Under the pieces are notes generated by a model. It did no database searches, was not told the origin of the DNA, and saw nothing but the letters and a program-made list of their open reading frames with translations. From the sequence record PX418922.1: DNA of 64,000 nucleotides, one strand, 5' to 3'. Shown piece after piece: positions 16,140 through 24,692 of this stretch. This DNA is from a phage. Within the stretch, counting starts at the first letter, position 1, and the number at the start of each line of letters is the position of its first letter. Made by a program: the position numbers and the translations under genes.

Positions 16140-17150
16140 CGAACAATGTTGATAGATTCCGCCTATGGAAAACCGACACAGAACAAAACTGAATAAATAG
16201 CGGTATCAAGCTAATCAACCATTAAATGAATAACCATACCTCCCAGGGTAACAGGCTGTTAGAGAGCCATTTAAAGCGGTTAAAATCGATCAACAACCAA
16301 CAACAAACCATCAAAAACACCCTTTTACCTCCTTTCTAGTGCAATGATAACCATTATCATCTATCCATGTTTATCTATACAATATAAGTGCATAATTATA
16401 ATGTTGATAATAGTTCGCAACAACTAACCAACAAACAACATAAAACAATAAGCAAACTAATCATAATCAAAGGAATAATAGCAAGATGATTGATAACAAC
16501 AAACAATCAAACCATGATGAATACTAAGCAAGATAACGATAACACGACAAAACAACCAACTAACGAACAATAACAAACGAAACCATTAAAATAATAACTA
16601 TTGCCATAATAGTGACTAAATGAAATCATTACAAAACGAATCATTCACAGAGTCATCATTAGCACGCTATGCCGGACACATAGCGAGCTAATAATAAGCC
16701 AACTACACCCCAACAATCATAACCATCGGTGATGGTTATTTCTTGTTACTGCGTAGCTTGCAATAATTGCAAGCGTAATGACGCTTACACTTATTGCGCT
16801 GGCTTATTATTAGCATTATATGTAATTACCAAGATCATAACATTAGCGCAATAACAATAATCATTGTGGTAATTACGTAAGGAAACAATTAGCATGGCAA
16901 TAATTATGGGGCAATGGGAGGATGATTATCATCATTCCGATACATTGCACACTATGCACATAATAGAATAAAAAGCAATAATTTTGGGGGCGAAATGTTA
17001 CCGCCACAGGCGGGAATGTTGAGCACTAAGAAAAGAGATAAACCTTAATCATGGGGGCGTAAATATCCGCAGGATTGCCAACGGCGATCCGGTAGGATGT
17101 TGAGCATCTTCTCTTAAACGTAAATAAAATCAGAAAATTCTTGATTTATT
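16140..17150. other. A+C-rich, G-poor non-coding tract with palindromes (candidate origin, regulatory region or ncRNA)
   Basis: About 1 kb without credible ORF; runs of CAACAA/AACAAA; palindromes CTTGCAATAATTGCAAG (~16757), GATGATTATCATC (~16920), AGCGT-AATG-ACGCT (~16774). Confidence 0.45.
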
Positions 17151-17174
17151 TTAGTTTTTATGTTAATAAACGTT

Positions 17175-17379
17175 TAAATAATAATCATTCTCATATAAAT
17201 AATAGTCTGCTTGTCATGAGCGGGATTAGTTGACAATGTTCCGTCATATGATGAAGTTGCCAACCTATTGATAAATAAGTGTTTGTGTGATTTATAATCA
17301 AGTGGCCCACCTTGTCGCTACGTTGGCATAAGCCTTGCATAAGTCATTGAATACGAATGATAATTATTCTCATTCGCAT
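17175..17379. promoter_or_regulatory. second cluster of Fur-box-like / TTCTCAT palindromic sites
   Basis: TAAATAATAATCATTCTCAT (17175-17194) is 19/20 identical to 6211-6230; AATGATAATTATTCTCATTCGCAT (17356-17379) matches 6155-6172. Confidence 0.45.
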
Positions 17380-17493
17380 GATATTTGGGAATTGTCGCTG
17401 CGTGGACCTGACGGCCCGAAAATTCGCGTTAAGCACTTCTTACGTATGCGCCATGATTTTTGCCATATGATATTGATTCTATTAGATATTCTT

Positions 17494-17678
17494 GCCATGA
17501 TTGCCATGAAACAGGGTGTCCCGAAATAATCTTTCCCCGTAGATATTTTGGGTTACTTTTTATACAAGAGTGGGGTGTCAAAAATAATCGGTATATATGG
17601 GATAATTGATAGGAATCCCCTATGATAATTCGATTGTAATTCCCTGAGATTGATCGTATGATGTTGGTGATTGATGAT
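17494..17678. repeat. direct repeats ATGATTGCCATGAAA (two copies ~170 bp apart) and GGTGTC..AAATAATC
   Basis: Copies at ~17494-17508 and ~17664-17678; GGTGTCCCGAAATAATC (~17515) vs GGTGTCAAAAATAATC (~17573). Confidence 0.35.
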
Positions 17679-17715
17679 TGCCATGAAAGATGGCTAACGA
17701 TGAGAGGAGATTATC

Positions 17716-18090
17716 ATGCAAGAGAGTAAAAATATTCCGTTGAGCAGTGCAGCATTGCTTCGCTTCTATAAAGCATGGATTGCCAACTATCCTGCAATGA
17801 ATCGCACAACGAGTGGCTTATGTGGTTGTCTGGTGGATTATGTAGATGATTTTGTTGGTGAGACAACTAGAGAAGAAGATAGAAGATGGCGGGATAGTTT
17901 GTTGGACCGTTTGAAATATGAAATGAGGAGACAATTTACATGTGCAGGGCTGGACTATAATCTTCCGTTCAATGCAGATTGCATGGATTACCTTTCAGAG
18001 TGTATAAACTTGGCGTGTCATACCAACACGTTACGTCTTCAGTGGGTGAAAGACAGAATTGAAGATGCAAATAATGTTTGCATTGAATAA
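17716..18090 (+). CDS. GLCxCL-family small protein (124 aa), paralogue set member 1
   Basis: RBS GAGGAG; motifs FYKAW..YP, GLCGCL, C-terminal LRLQWVKDR shared with 22323, 28117, 29422 ORFs. Confidence 0.6.
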   Translation: MQESKNIPLSSAALLRFYKAWIANYPAMNRTTSGLCGCLVDYVDDFVGETTREEDRRWRDSLLDRLKYEMRRQFTCAGLDYNLPFNADCMDYLSECINLACHTNTLRLQWVKDRIEDANNVCIE

Positions 18091-18149
18091 AAATGTCTGT
18101 ATAGTGGTTTGCATACCGCGCATAACAGATAGCCAATGAGGAGATTGAA

Positions 18150-18359
18150 ATGTCAAATATGAAAACTGTATCCTTGTATTTAGCTAACACTGATCGTGTG
18201 CACACCCTTGCTAACGCAAGTCGTGTACTCGTGCAGTTCCGAAACTTTAAGCCGTCCGTTGTGACAGGCAGTGAAACGTGTGTTATCGATTTCATTAACG
18301 AATACTTCCGAGGGAATCCGGTTGGTCGTTACTTTATTAAGGGTTTGAAGGATGCATAG
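18150..18359 (+). CDS. hypothetical protein (69 aa)
   Basis: RBS GAGGAG before ATG. Confidence 0.55.
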   Translation: MSNMKTVSLYLANTDRVHTLANASRVLVQFRNFKPSVVTGSETCVIDFINEYFRGNPVGRYFIKGLKDA

Positions 18360-18360
18360 T

Positions 18361-18582
18361 ATGAAACGCATGAAAATTCGTATTGAGAATGATGGTGGTT
18401 ATAAAGGATTGGCACATGCAAAATTTCCACTTGTGTTGGAAGCTACGGTGGAATACAGTGGGCTTGCTCATGTGCGATTCTCGAAGATGATGGAAGTGCA
18501 GGAATGGTTTTGGGACGAGATAGATGCACGAGAAGGAGAAGATTATGTTTTCTTTCCTCACGAATATAACATTGTTTATTAA
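18361..18582 (+). CDS. hypothetical protein (73 aa), paralogue of 23033-23254
   Basis: Shared block EWFWDE..EGEDYVFF with 23033 ORF; alternative ATG at 18352. Confidence 0.5.
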   Translation: MKRMKIRIENDGGYKGLAHAKFPLVLEATVEYSGLAHVRFSKMMEVQEWFWDEIDAREGEDYVFFPHEYNIVY

Positions 18583-18594
18583 AGGTTGTGTGCA

Positions 18595-18834
18595 ATGATC
18601 ACACCACAACAGAATGAAGCAGCAATGGATCTTCTTGATAGTTTGTATTTCGATAATTGGTACTCTGAATGTGAATGGATGAATATGCAAACTCTGAAAG
18701 AGAAGACAAAAGCGTTGATTACAGTAGATCAATTTCTTGCAGAGACGGAAAGAATGAATTATGATATGGCATCTCGCGCACGACGCGTTTCCATTTTCAA
18801 TAAAATGTTAGCATTATGGGGAGGTAGAAAATGA
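18595..18834 (+). CDS. hypothetical protein (79 aa)
   Basis: ATG 18595 after AAAGG; in-frame GTG at 18586 possible. Confidence 0.5.
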   Translation: MITPQQNEAAMDLLDSLYFDNWYSECEWMNMQTLKEKTKALITVDQFLAETERMNYDMASRARRVSIFNKMLALWGGRK

Positions 18835-19292
18835 GACAACCATCTATACTGGAAGCGCATGTGCAATGTGTTGTAGATTATGTCAAAGAACACTCAAGTT
18901 TGTTGAATGTAACCTGTGCAGTGCAAAATGATGTAGGTATTGTCTGTGTGCAACATATCTTATCTGAAACTCGTTATGAAGTATTTCGTGCCACGTTGTT
19001 TGGATGTGATCGAGTGCATGTAAACTTCCTGGACTCCAATTATCGTTATGCTTTAGAAAATATTGATGATTATCTTCCTTGCTCTCCGACAGGATATGTA
19101 ATGGTAACAGCAAACGAAGTAACACCGAGCAACAGTGAACAGGAAGCTTTGTTACGGAAGAAAATACGCCAACTGCAAGTGTTGAATGAACTGAAAGAAG
19201 AGATTGAAAAAGAACTGAAAGAAGATTTTGGTATGCTTCCAAAAGACGCTTTGAAATGGTATGATGAGTTAGGAGGAGAGAACAATGTTTAA
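18831..19292 (+). CDS. hypothetical protein (153 aa)
   Basis: RBS GGAGG; ATGA overlap with upstream ORF. Confidence 0.55.
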   Translation: MRQPSILEAHVQCVVDYVKEHSSLLNVTCAVQNDVGIVCVQHILSETRYEVFRATLFGCDRVHVNFLDSNYRYALENIDDYLPCSPTGYVMVTANEVTPSNSEQEALLRKKIRQLQVLNELKEEIEKELKEDFGMLPKDALKWYDELGGENNV

Positions 19293-19743
19293 AGAAGGTC
19301 ATGTCTACCGTTTCCAGGATGAGGATTATATGCGATTATATTCTACCTTTGATAACAGTATTGCTGCTATCATTGGAGAGAATTTTTTCGAGGTGTTGAG
19401 CACTGATGCAAATGGTAATATCTTGTCAATGGTTGTAATAGGTATGAGAGACGGTATTATCACTGCTGGTGATGGGGATCGTTACATAATCAATTCTGCT
19501 CATATAGATTATTTTGTTGACGGTGGTGTTCGTGGTGGTCGTGGAAAACCCCAAGAAGAACCTGTTGATACAACAAAAGAAGAGTGGTATGTTGTAATGA
19601 CTGATGACACCTGTATTTCTGGATTTGAAAGTTATGAAGAAGCTTTGAAAGAAGCAGCAGAGCATAAAATGGCTAATCCTACAGAAGAGGTTGAAGTTTA
19701 TAAACGTTTGGTTGTTGCTACCATCGGCGTATCTTTTGTTTAA
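19285..19743 (+). CDS. hypothetical protein (152 aa)
   Basis: RBS AGGAGGAG; overlaps upstream stop. Confidence 0.55.
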   Translation: MFKEGHVYRFQDEDYMRLYSTFDNSIAAIIGENFFEVLSTDANGNILSMVVIGMRDGIITAGDGDRYIINSAHIDYFVDGGVRGGRGKPQEEPVDTTKEEWYVVMTDDTCISGFESYEEALKEAAEHKMANPTEEVEVYKRLVVATIGVSFV

Positions 19744-19755
19744 AAGGGGAATGTT

Positions 19756-20193
19756 ATGTTTAAAGTTAATGCTGTTTACTGTTTCAAAAGTAAAGCTGCC
19801 TGTGAAGCTTTCTCTATGATCTCTGATGAAAATTTCAAAATGGCAGCTTTGATTGAAGGGTCTTGTTTCCGCGTCGAGGATGTTAGTGAATCAGGGTCTG
19901 TTTGCTCATTGACTTTATTGGACAGCGGGGATATTATTGAAGCTGGACAGTATCCGTTCAGGAGTTGGGAGATATTGTTAGCTCGCGGAGAGCGTAACTT
20001 TTTTATGTGCGTGTCTGCGGGGGAAGTTGTGAAAGAAACTAAGGATGTTTCTGTTTACAATTCTGAATTTATAAGTTATAGTGAGTATCAACATCTGGAA
20101 GGCATTGTTGGTCACTTGTTATCTCTGATTGACATTGAATGTGACCTGCCTGAATCATTGAAAGAAGAGTTGAAAGCATTAGATCTGCTGTAA
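19756..20193 (+). CDS. hypothetical protein (145 aa)
   Basis: RBS AAAGGGG before ATG. Confidence 0.55.
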   Translation: MFKVNAVYCFKSKAACEAFSMISDENFKMAALIEGSCFRVEDVSESGSVCSLTLLDSGDIIEAGQYPFRSWEILLARGERNFFMCVSAGEVVKETKDVSVYNSEFISYSEYQHLEGIVGHLLSLIDIECDLPESLKEELKALDLL

Positions 20194-20296
20194 TGTTTCG
20201 CACAACGGAGACTAAGCATGTCGATTGTTTACCTGGCTGTTTGGTTCCGCTGTGATTTGTTTGTCCTGTCGGGGCATTTTTAGGAGTCTGGAAGTA

Positions 20297-21277
20297 ATGG
20301 CTAAAACTAAAAGTTGGGAAGAACATTTAAAAGATTGTTTAGAGGTTGTAAAACCAGGTGTTAAGATACTAGGATGGTCAGGAGAATGGAAAGGAGCACA
20401 TACCCGTTTGCGGTGCGTGTGTTCTGTTCACGGGGAATGGACTTCCACCACAATACATAAGTTTAAAATGGGGAGAAGTTGTCCAGGTTGTAGGACAGAT
20501 GCTTCAGCCCATGCTAGACACAACGGAGATAAGTTTTGGTTGGATTTGTTGTATAATTTTTGTCAAGAACGAGATTTCTTTTTTGAAGTGCCTCAACCTC
20601 CTATCTACGGTAGGTCTGAAATCAAGATCTGCTGCCCGAAACACGGTACATTTAGAAGTACACTAAGTAATATACAAAAACAAAGATCATGTCCCATGTG
20701 TAAAGTAGATGCAGCCAGAGAGAATAATCTTTTACCTGACCAATATCACGTGGAGAAGTACATGGCGACAGGTTCTTTTCCACAGGGCAGTTTATTTCGT
20801 AGAATAGGTAAAACAAGAAGTTCGAAAGGTTCAGCACAAACATGGGAGTGCTACTGTCCCACATGCAATGAAACACATCTTGCACGTGATAGCAATCTGG
20901 CTCAAGGTAAGCGACCATGTTCTTGTTCAGGGAATAATCAGAAGCAAGCGTACATTAATGTGGTATTTGACAACAACACTCCTATAGCTTTAAAGTTTGG
21001 AATAGCAAGAAACAGTGCACAAAGATTAGCCGCACAAAATAAAAAGAATTTTTTGAAGATGGATTGCTTGGCGGTATATTCTTTCAGAACAGTCAGAGAA
21101 TGTAAAGCTGCGGAACGCGCTTGTAAGAGGATGCTGGTCTGTAGTACAGTAGGTAAGAAAGAAATGGTTGACGGGTATACTGAAACAACATATATTTCTA
21201 ATTACGATACAATTGTGGATATCTATAAGAAGTTTGGAGGTGTGAAGTTGCAAATGATAAAGAAGAGTACCGAGTGA
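20297..21277 (+). CDS. Cys-rich protein, paralogue of 3609-4595
   Basis: RBS AGGAG before ATG 20297; N-terminus MAKTKSWEEHLKDC parallels MAAPKSWEQYKEEC; shared ILGWSGEWKG, KQAYIN..ALKFGIA, DGYTET. Confidence 0.55.
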   Translation: MAKTKSWEEHLKDCLEVVKPGVKILGWSGEWKGAHTRLRCVCSVHGEWTSTTIHKFKMGRSCPGCRTDASAHARHNGDKFWLDLLYNFCQERDFFFEVPQPPIYGRSEIKICCPKHGTFRSTLSNIQKQRSCPMCKVDAARENNLLPDQYHVEKYMATGSFPQGSLFRRIGKTRSSKGSAQTWECYCPTCNETHLARDSNLAQGKRPCSCSGNNQKQAYINVVFDNNTPIALKFGIARNSAQRLAAQNKKNFLKMDCLAVYSFRTVRECKAAERACKRMLVCSTVGKKEMVDGYTETTYISNYDTIVDIYKKFGGVKLQMIKKSTE

Positions 21278-21374
21278 GGCGTACACATATCTATTAAATT
21301 TGGATTGTTTATAAAGAAATGGATCTAAACGGAGCATATGAGTGGATCACTATTGATTGGTCGGAGGTGAAATA

Positions 21375-21584
21375 ATGGTTACTATCACGTTGACAGTTAC
21401 ACAAGAGCAAGCAGAAGAATTACGTGATGCACTGGCATATATGGGACGCGCTTATTATATGCCTCACAAATCTCAAGATGTTTTTGCTACAGCCGTTGAG
21501 AAAGCTTTAAACAAATACCGAGAAACTCATGCCGTTCCTAAAGTATCAGCAGAAGAGTTTGGCACTTGGCACGAAGTTCACTGA
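21375..21584 (+). CDS. hypothetical protein (69 aa)
   Basis: RBS GGAGGTG before ATG 21375. Confidence 0.5.
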   Translation: MVTITLTVTQEQAEELRDALAYMGRAYYMPHKSQDVFATAVEKALNKYRETHAVPKVSAEEFGTWHEVH

Positions 21585-21595
21585 GGAGGTTTCGA

Positions 21596-21849
21596 TGAAA
21601 GGTAACAAGATGAAAGTTAATCAAGTGCCGAGCGCATACACTTTGTGGCTTGCGCGAGCGTTACACCAGACGATCAAAGACCCTAAGAAGCCAATGAAGA
21701 GTGGGAAGAAGTTTATGTCTAAGGGCAAAACAACCTTTGGCTTCACTCGTATGTCTGTTAAGATGAAAAGGCTGGGGGGTACAAGCCAAACTACGCTCGT
21801 TACCCTTCTGAATACAACTGGTTTGATTAAAGAGGAGAACAAAACATGA
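21596..21849 (+). CDS. small basic protein (84 aa)
   Basis: RBS GAGGAGG before ATG 21596; Lys-rich, possible nucleic-acid binding. Confidence 0.5.
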
Positions 21850-22130
21850 AAACATCTATTCGCGTAAAACATGATCCAAACAGCAGTTACCCATATGTGT
21901 ATGTTGAACGTCATGAAGGGGACTATTACACCATAAAACGTAAAGTCCCAACTGATACAGGGTTTAACTTTGATGTTATTGCACTGGATGATCAAGGTGT
22001 TGATAATCTGGTAAATGCATTACTCGCATTGAAGGAAGTACGACATGAAAATCAGACTAAAGGTAAAGTGGCTTTCGATTCTTGTGATCGTTTAGCCGAA
22101 GAGATTGCCGAATGGCGTGATACTCACTAA
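21846..22130 (+). CDS. hypothetical protein (94 aa)
   Basis: RBS AGAGGAG; ATGA overlap. Confidence 0.55.
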   Translation: MKTSIRVKHDPNSSYPYVYVERHEGDYYTIKRKVPTDTGFNFDVIALDDQGVDNLVNALLALKEVRHENQTKGKVAFDSCDRLAEEIAEWRDTH

Positions 22131-22145
22131 AACAGGAGAAAGATT

Positions 22146-22322
22146 ATGGCTACTTTTCAACAACTGAAAGATGTTTCACGTTTAGTAAGAAAAATCCGAG
22201 AAGCAGACGCTGCTGTGCGGAATGCATTAACGCCAGCAGAGCGTGAAGATCTTGAAGAGGAGGTGAAAACAGCCGAGAATGCTTTTGCTGCGTATCTTTC
22301 AACACTGTATACAGGAGGTTAA
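22146..22322 (+). CDS. hypothetical small protein (58 aa)
   Basis: RBS ACAGGAG before ATG 22146; fills gap between neighbours. Confidence 0.45.
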   Translation: MATFQQLKDVSRLVRKIREADAAVRNALTPAEREDLEEEVKTAENAFAAYLSTLYTGG

Positions 22323-22637
22323 ATGTCAGAAGAACTTAAAGAATTTTATCAAGCATATCATAACTGGCTGTTAGCTGGTGCTCCAGATAATAATCCTTTC
22401 TGGCATGATAAAGGATTATGTAGTTGCCTCTACCTTTGGACTGGAGGTTATGATGATCTAAATTATGAAATGCAAATGCAATTCCGTGAGGCAGGATTGT
22501 CTGAAGAATACCCGTTTGATGACGGAGACTGGTTTAAATATGATTTTGCACAAAGAAACGGGCTATTGCATTTGAATGCTGCCCGTATAAAATGGGTAAA
22601 AGACCATGCTACACAGGAGGATGTGCAATGCCAATAG
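22323..22637 (+). CDS. GLCxCL-family small protein (104 aa), member 2
   Basis: RBS AGGAGG; FYQAYHNWLLAGAP, GLCSCL, ARIKWVKDH motifs. Confidence 0.6.
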   Translation: MSEELKEFYQAYHNWLLAGAPDNNPFWHDKGLCSCLYLWTGGYDDLNYEMQMQFREAGLSEEYPFDDGDWFKYDFAQRNGLLHLNAARIKWVKDHATQEDVQCQ

Positions 22638-22828
22638 TGTTTAGTTTCTTAGTAATTGTTATGGTTGTTCTTTTCGCGGCATGGCTTTGGGATTTTGACC
22701 CAGGAGCAGCGCAGCAAAGAGCTACAGACTGGAAAGAACAATGTATTGTGCTCAAACATGAACGAAATGCGGAGAAATTTCTTGACCTAGAGTGTGATCG
22801 CCTTGTAAGATACAAGCAAGATAAATAA
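22628..22828 (+). CDS. small membrane protein (66 aa)
   Basis: RBS GGAGG before ATG 22628; hydrophobic PIVFSFLVIVMVVLFAAWLW. Confidence 0.45.
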   Translation: MPIVFSFLVIVMVVLFAAWLWDFDPGAAQQRATDWKEQCIVLKHERNAEKFLDLECDRLVRYKQDK

Positions 22829-22842
22829 CCTTGAGGTGCAAA

Positions 22843-23031
22843 ATGGTAATTGAGATTAAACTTGAATATGCTGGGGCTGTTGCTCTGATCGCACAAATGC
22901 TTGGAGCAAAGATTGAAGAAGTGTATATCAATGCCTGGAGCGTAGAGATTGATGTTCCTATGGACAACATTGCTAATCGCTTGCTGGTGGCAGAGTGTGA
23001 ACGCACCAACATAATCTACAAAGGAGCATAA
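22843..23031 (+). CDS. hypothetical protein (62 aa)
   Basis: RBS GAGGTG before ATG 22843. Confidence 0.5.
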   Translation: MVIEIKLEYAGAVALIAQMLGAKIEEVYINAWSVEIDVPMDNIANRLLVAECERTNIIYKGA

Positions 23032-23032
23032 T

Positions 23033-23254
23033 ATGAAAATTAGAGTTTGTGATGTATTGGGTTATGTTGGTTTTGAGAATGTTCAGATTCCTTTTGTTGT
23101 TGAAGCACATCTTGTTAGCGACGATATGACAACATTCTTTGTTACGATAGAAGAAATGTCCAAAGTTGAGGGATGGGAGTGGTTTGAAGAAGATGTTTGG
23201 GAAGGTTGTGATTACGTATTTTTCTCTGACGAAGTGAATGTTCTTGCGGAGTAG
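23033..23254 (+). CDS. hypothetical protein (73 aa), paralogue of 18361-18582
   Basis: RBS AAGGAG; shared WEWFEED.WEGCDYVFF block. Confidence 0.5.
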   Translation: MKIRVCDVLGYVGFENVQIPFVVEAHLVSDDMTTFFVTIEEMSKVEGWEWFEEDVWEGCDYVFFSDEVNVLAE

Positions 23255-23256
23255 GT

Positions 23257-23463
23257 ATGTCTTGTTTTACAAAAGCAGTGTCCATATGTAAGAAACAGTA
23301 TGAAAGTGATTACGGAATATTTAATATTCCAGCAGATCATACAAAGTATTGTTCATGTGGTGGCAGAATGAAGAAAACAGTGATTTATGCGGATAGTGGA
23401 GACGAACTTGTTCCGGTTATGGTTTGCAAAGCTTGTCATTCTGTTAAAACATTAAAAGCGTAA
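23257..23463 (+). CDS. Cys-containing small protein (68 aa)
   Basis: RBS GGAG; Cys pairs CSCGG and CKACH suggest a zinc-binding fold. Confidence 0.5.
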   Translation: MSCFTKAVSICKKQYESDYGIFNIPADHTKYCSCGGRMKKTVIYADSGDELVPVMVCKACHSVKTLKA

Positions 23464-23558
23464 GGAGTCGGGACACCCGACGATTGGAGCTAAAAATTTT
23501 GCGTACAACCCTTTCCGCCCAACAGGGGCGCGTCGGGTAAATAAAGAGGAGAGTTTAT

Positions 23559-23957
23559 ATGAAAAAGATCATCGTAGGTTTATTGTTACTCATTGCATCA
23601 CTCGGAACAGCAAATGCGTCTCAAGTTTATGAGTGTGTGTCAGATGTGGTTGTTAAAAATCTGAAAGGTGAAGTGATTTCTGGTCCTAAGAAAATGGCTT
23701 CTGTTGTCATTAATAAAGATAACTCCTTTATCCTTAAAAATTCAGGTGGTGCTTTGATGAGTGGCATTCTGCAATACACAGGAGAAAAAAGTAAAGATGG
23801 TAGTGCTATGTATGGTTCACAACAGTTTATTGGCACTACTGAAGTTGTGATGATGCGCACAGAGTATCGAGACACTTTAGCTTGGTTTGCATTTCTAAAA
23901 AATGATAAAACAATAACAAATGTTCTTACTCTAGAAGCCGATTGTACGCAACGATAA
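23559..23957 (+). CDS. secreted protein (132 aa)
   Basis: RBS GAGGAG; signal peptide MKKIIVGLLLLIASLGTANA. Confidence 0.55.
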   Translation: MKKIIVGLLLLIASLGTANASQVYECVSDVVVKNLKGEVISGPKKMASVVINKDNSFILKNSGGALMSGILQYTGEKSKDGSAMYGSQQFIGTTEVVMMRTEYRDTLAWFAFLKNDKTITNVLTLEADCTQR

Positions 23958-23967
23958 GGGGGTATTT

Positions 23968-24423
23968 ATGACTAAAGTGCGACATTACGCTGTAAACTGC
24001 AACGATGCTTGGCGTTTGTGTCCTGATGATCCGACAGAAGGCACATTTGTAAGATATGAGGATTATAAAGAATTATCGGATGCTGTAATCGCATTGTTAA
24101 CTGATATCCGTTCACGTTATCCAGGACAAGATTTCACTTGCCCTCACATCAAACTTCTTGCTTGCCTGGTAGAAGGTGAGAAAGAAGTGGAAGATGGCTT
24201 CAAGCGTGTAGAGTATCAAGGTGAAACTTTAGATGTTCCTGAATTTGTTAATTATATTGCAACAGATTCGAGTGGCGAGCGTTATGGTTACACTCATAAA
24301 CCGGAGATTCCAGATTTCGCTTATGCGTGGCGTATTCCTTATGAAGTTTTTAATGTTGCAGATTGCTGGTATTTAGGAGAAGGAAACAACCTTAATTGGC
24401 GTGATTCCTTGGTTCAGGTTTAA
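23968..24423 (+). CDS. hypothetical protein (151 aa)
   Basis: RBS AAGGGGG before ATG. Confidence 0.55.
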   Translation: MTKVRHYAVNCNDAWRLCPDDPTEGTFVRYEDYKELSDAVIALLTDIRSRYPGQDFTCPHIKLLACLVEGEKEVEDGFKRVEYQGETLDVPEFVNYIATDSSGERYGYTHKPEIPDFAYAWRIPYEVFNVADCWYLGEGNNLNWRDSLVQV

Positions 24424-24427
24424 CAAT

Positions 24428-24691
24428 ATGAAAGAGACATTGCCAGCAGCATACCGTTTGAATGATGAACGTATTTGGGAGTGGACCGACGTTTCTTGTT
24501 TTTACCCTGAAATAGTTCAATATTGGCGAGCAAAAGGGTGTGTTGTAGTTATCAACCCATGTGGACCAGTGGATGAAGATTGCTTGTATCTCGATGGAAA
24601 GTGGCACAGTTATTGTCGCTGGCCTTTTGAGTGGATGTGTAAAGAAGATCTCCCAGAGGGTTGGGAGTATCCAAAAGCAAATAGGAGATAA
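24428..24691 (+). CDS. hypothetical Cys/Trp-rich protein (87 aa)
   Basis: ATG 24428 just after upstream stop; alternative GTG at 24401. Confidence 0.45.
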   Translation: MKETLPAAYRLNDERIWEWTDVSCFYPEIVQYWRAKGCVVVINPCGPVDEDCLYLDGKWHSYCRWPFEWMCKEDLPEGWEYPKANRR

Positions 24692-24692
24692 T

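Noticed and set aside
17335-17529. 64-aa ORF from the six-frame track inside the non-coding repeat region
   Set aside because: TTG start, no Shine-Dalgarno sequence, overlaps direct repeats and palindromic boxes, low-complexity His/Met-rich translation; more likely non-coding.
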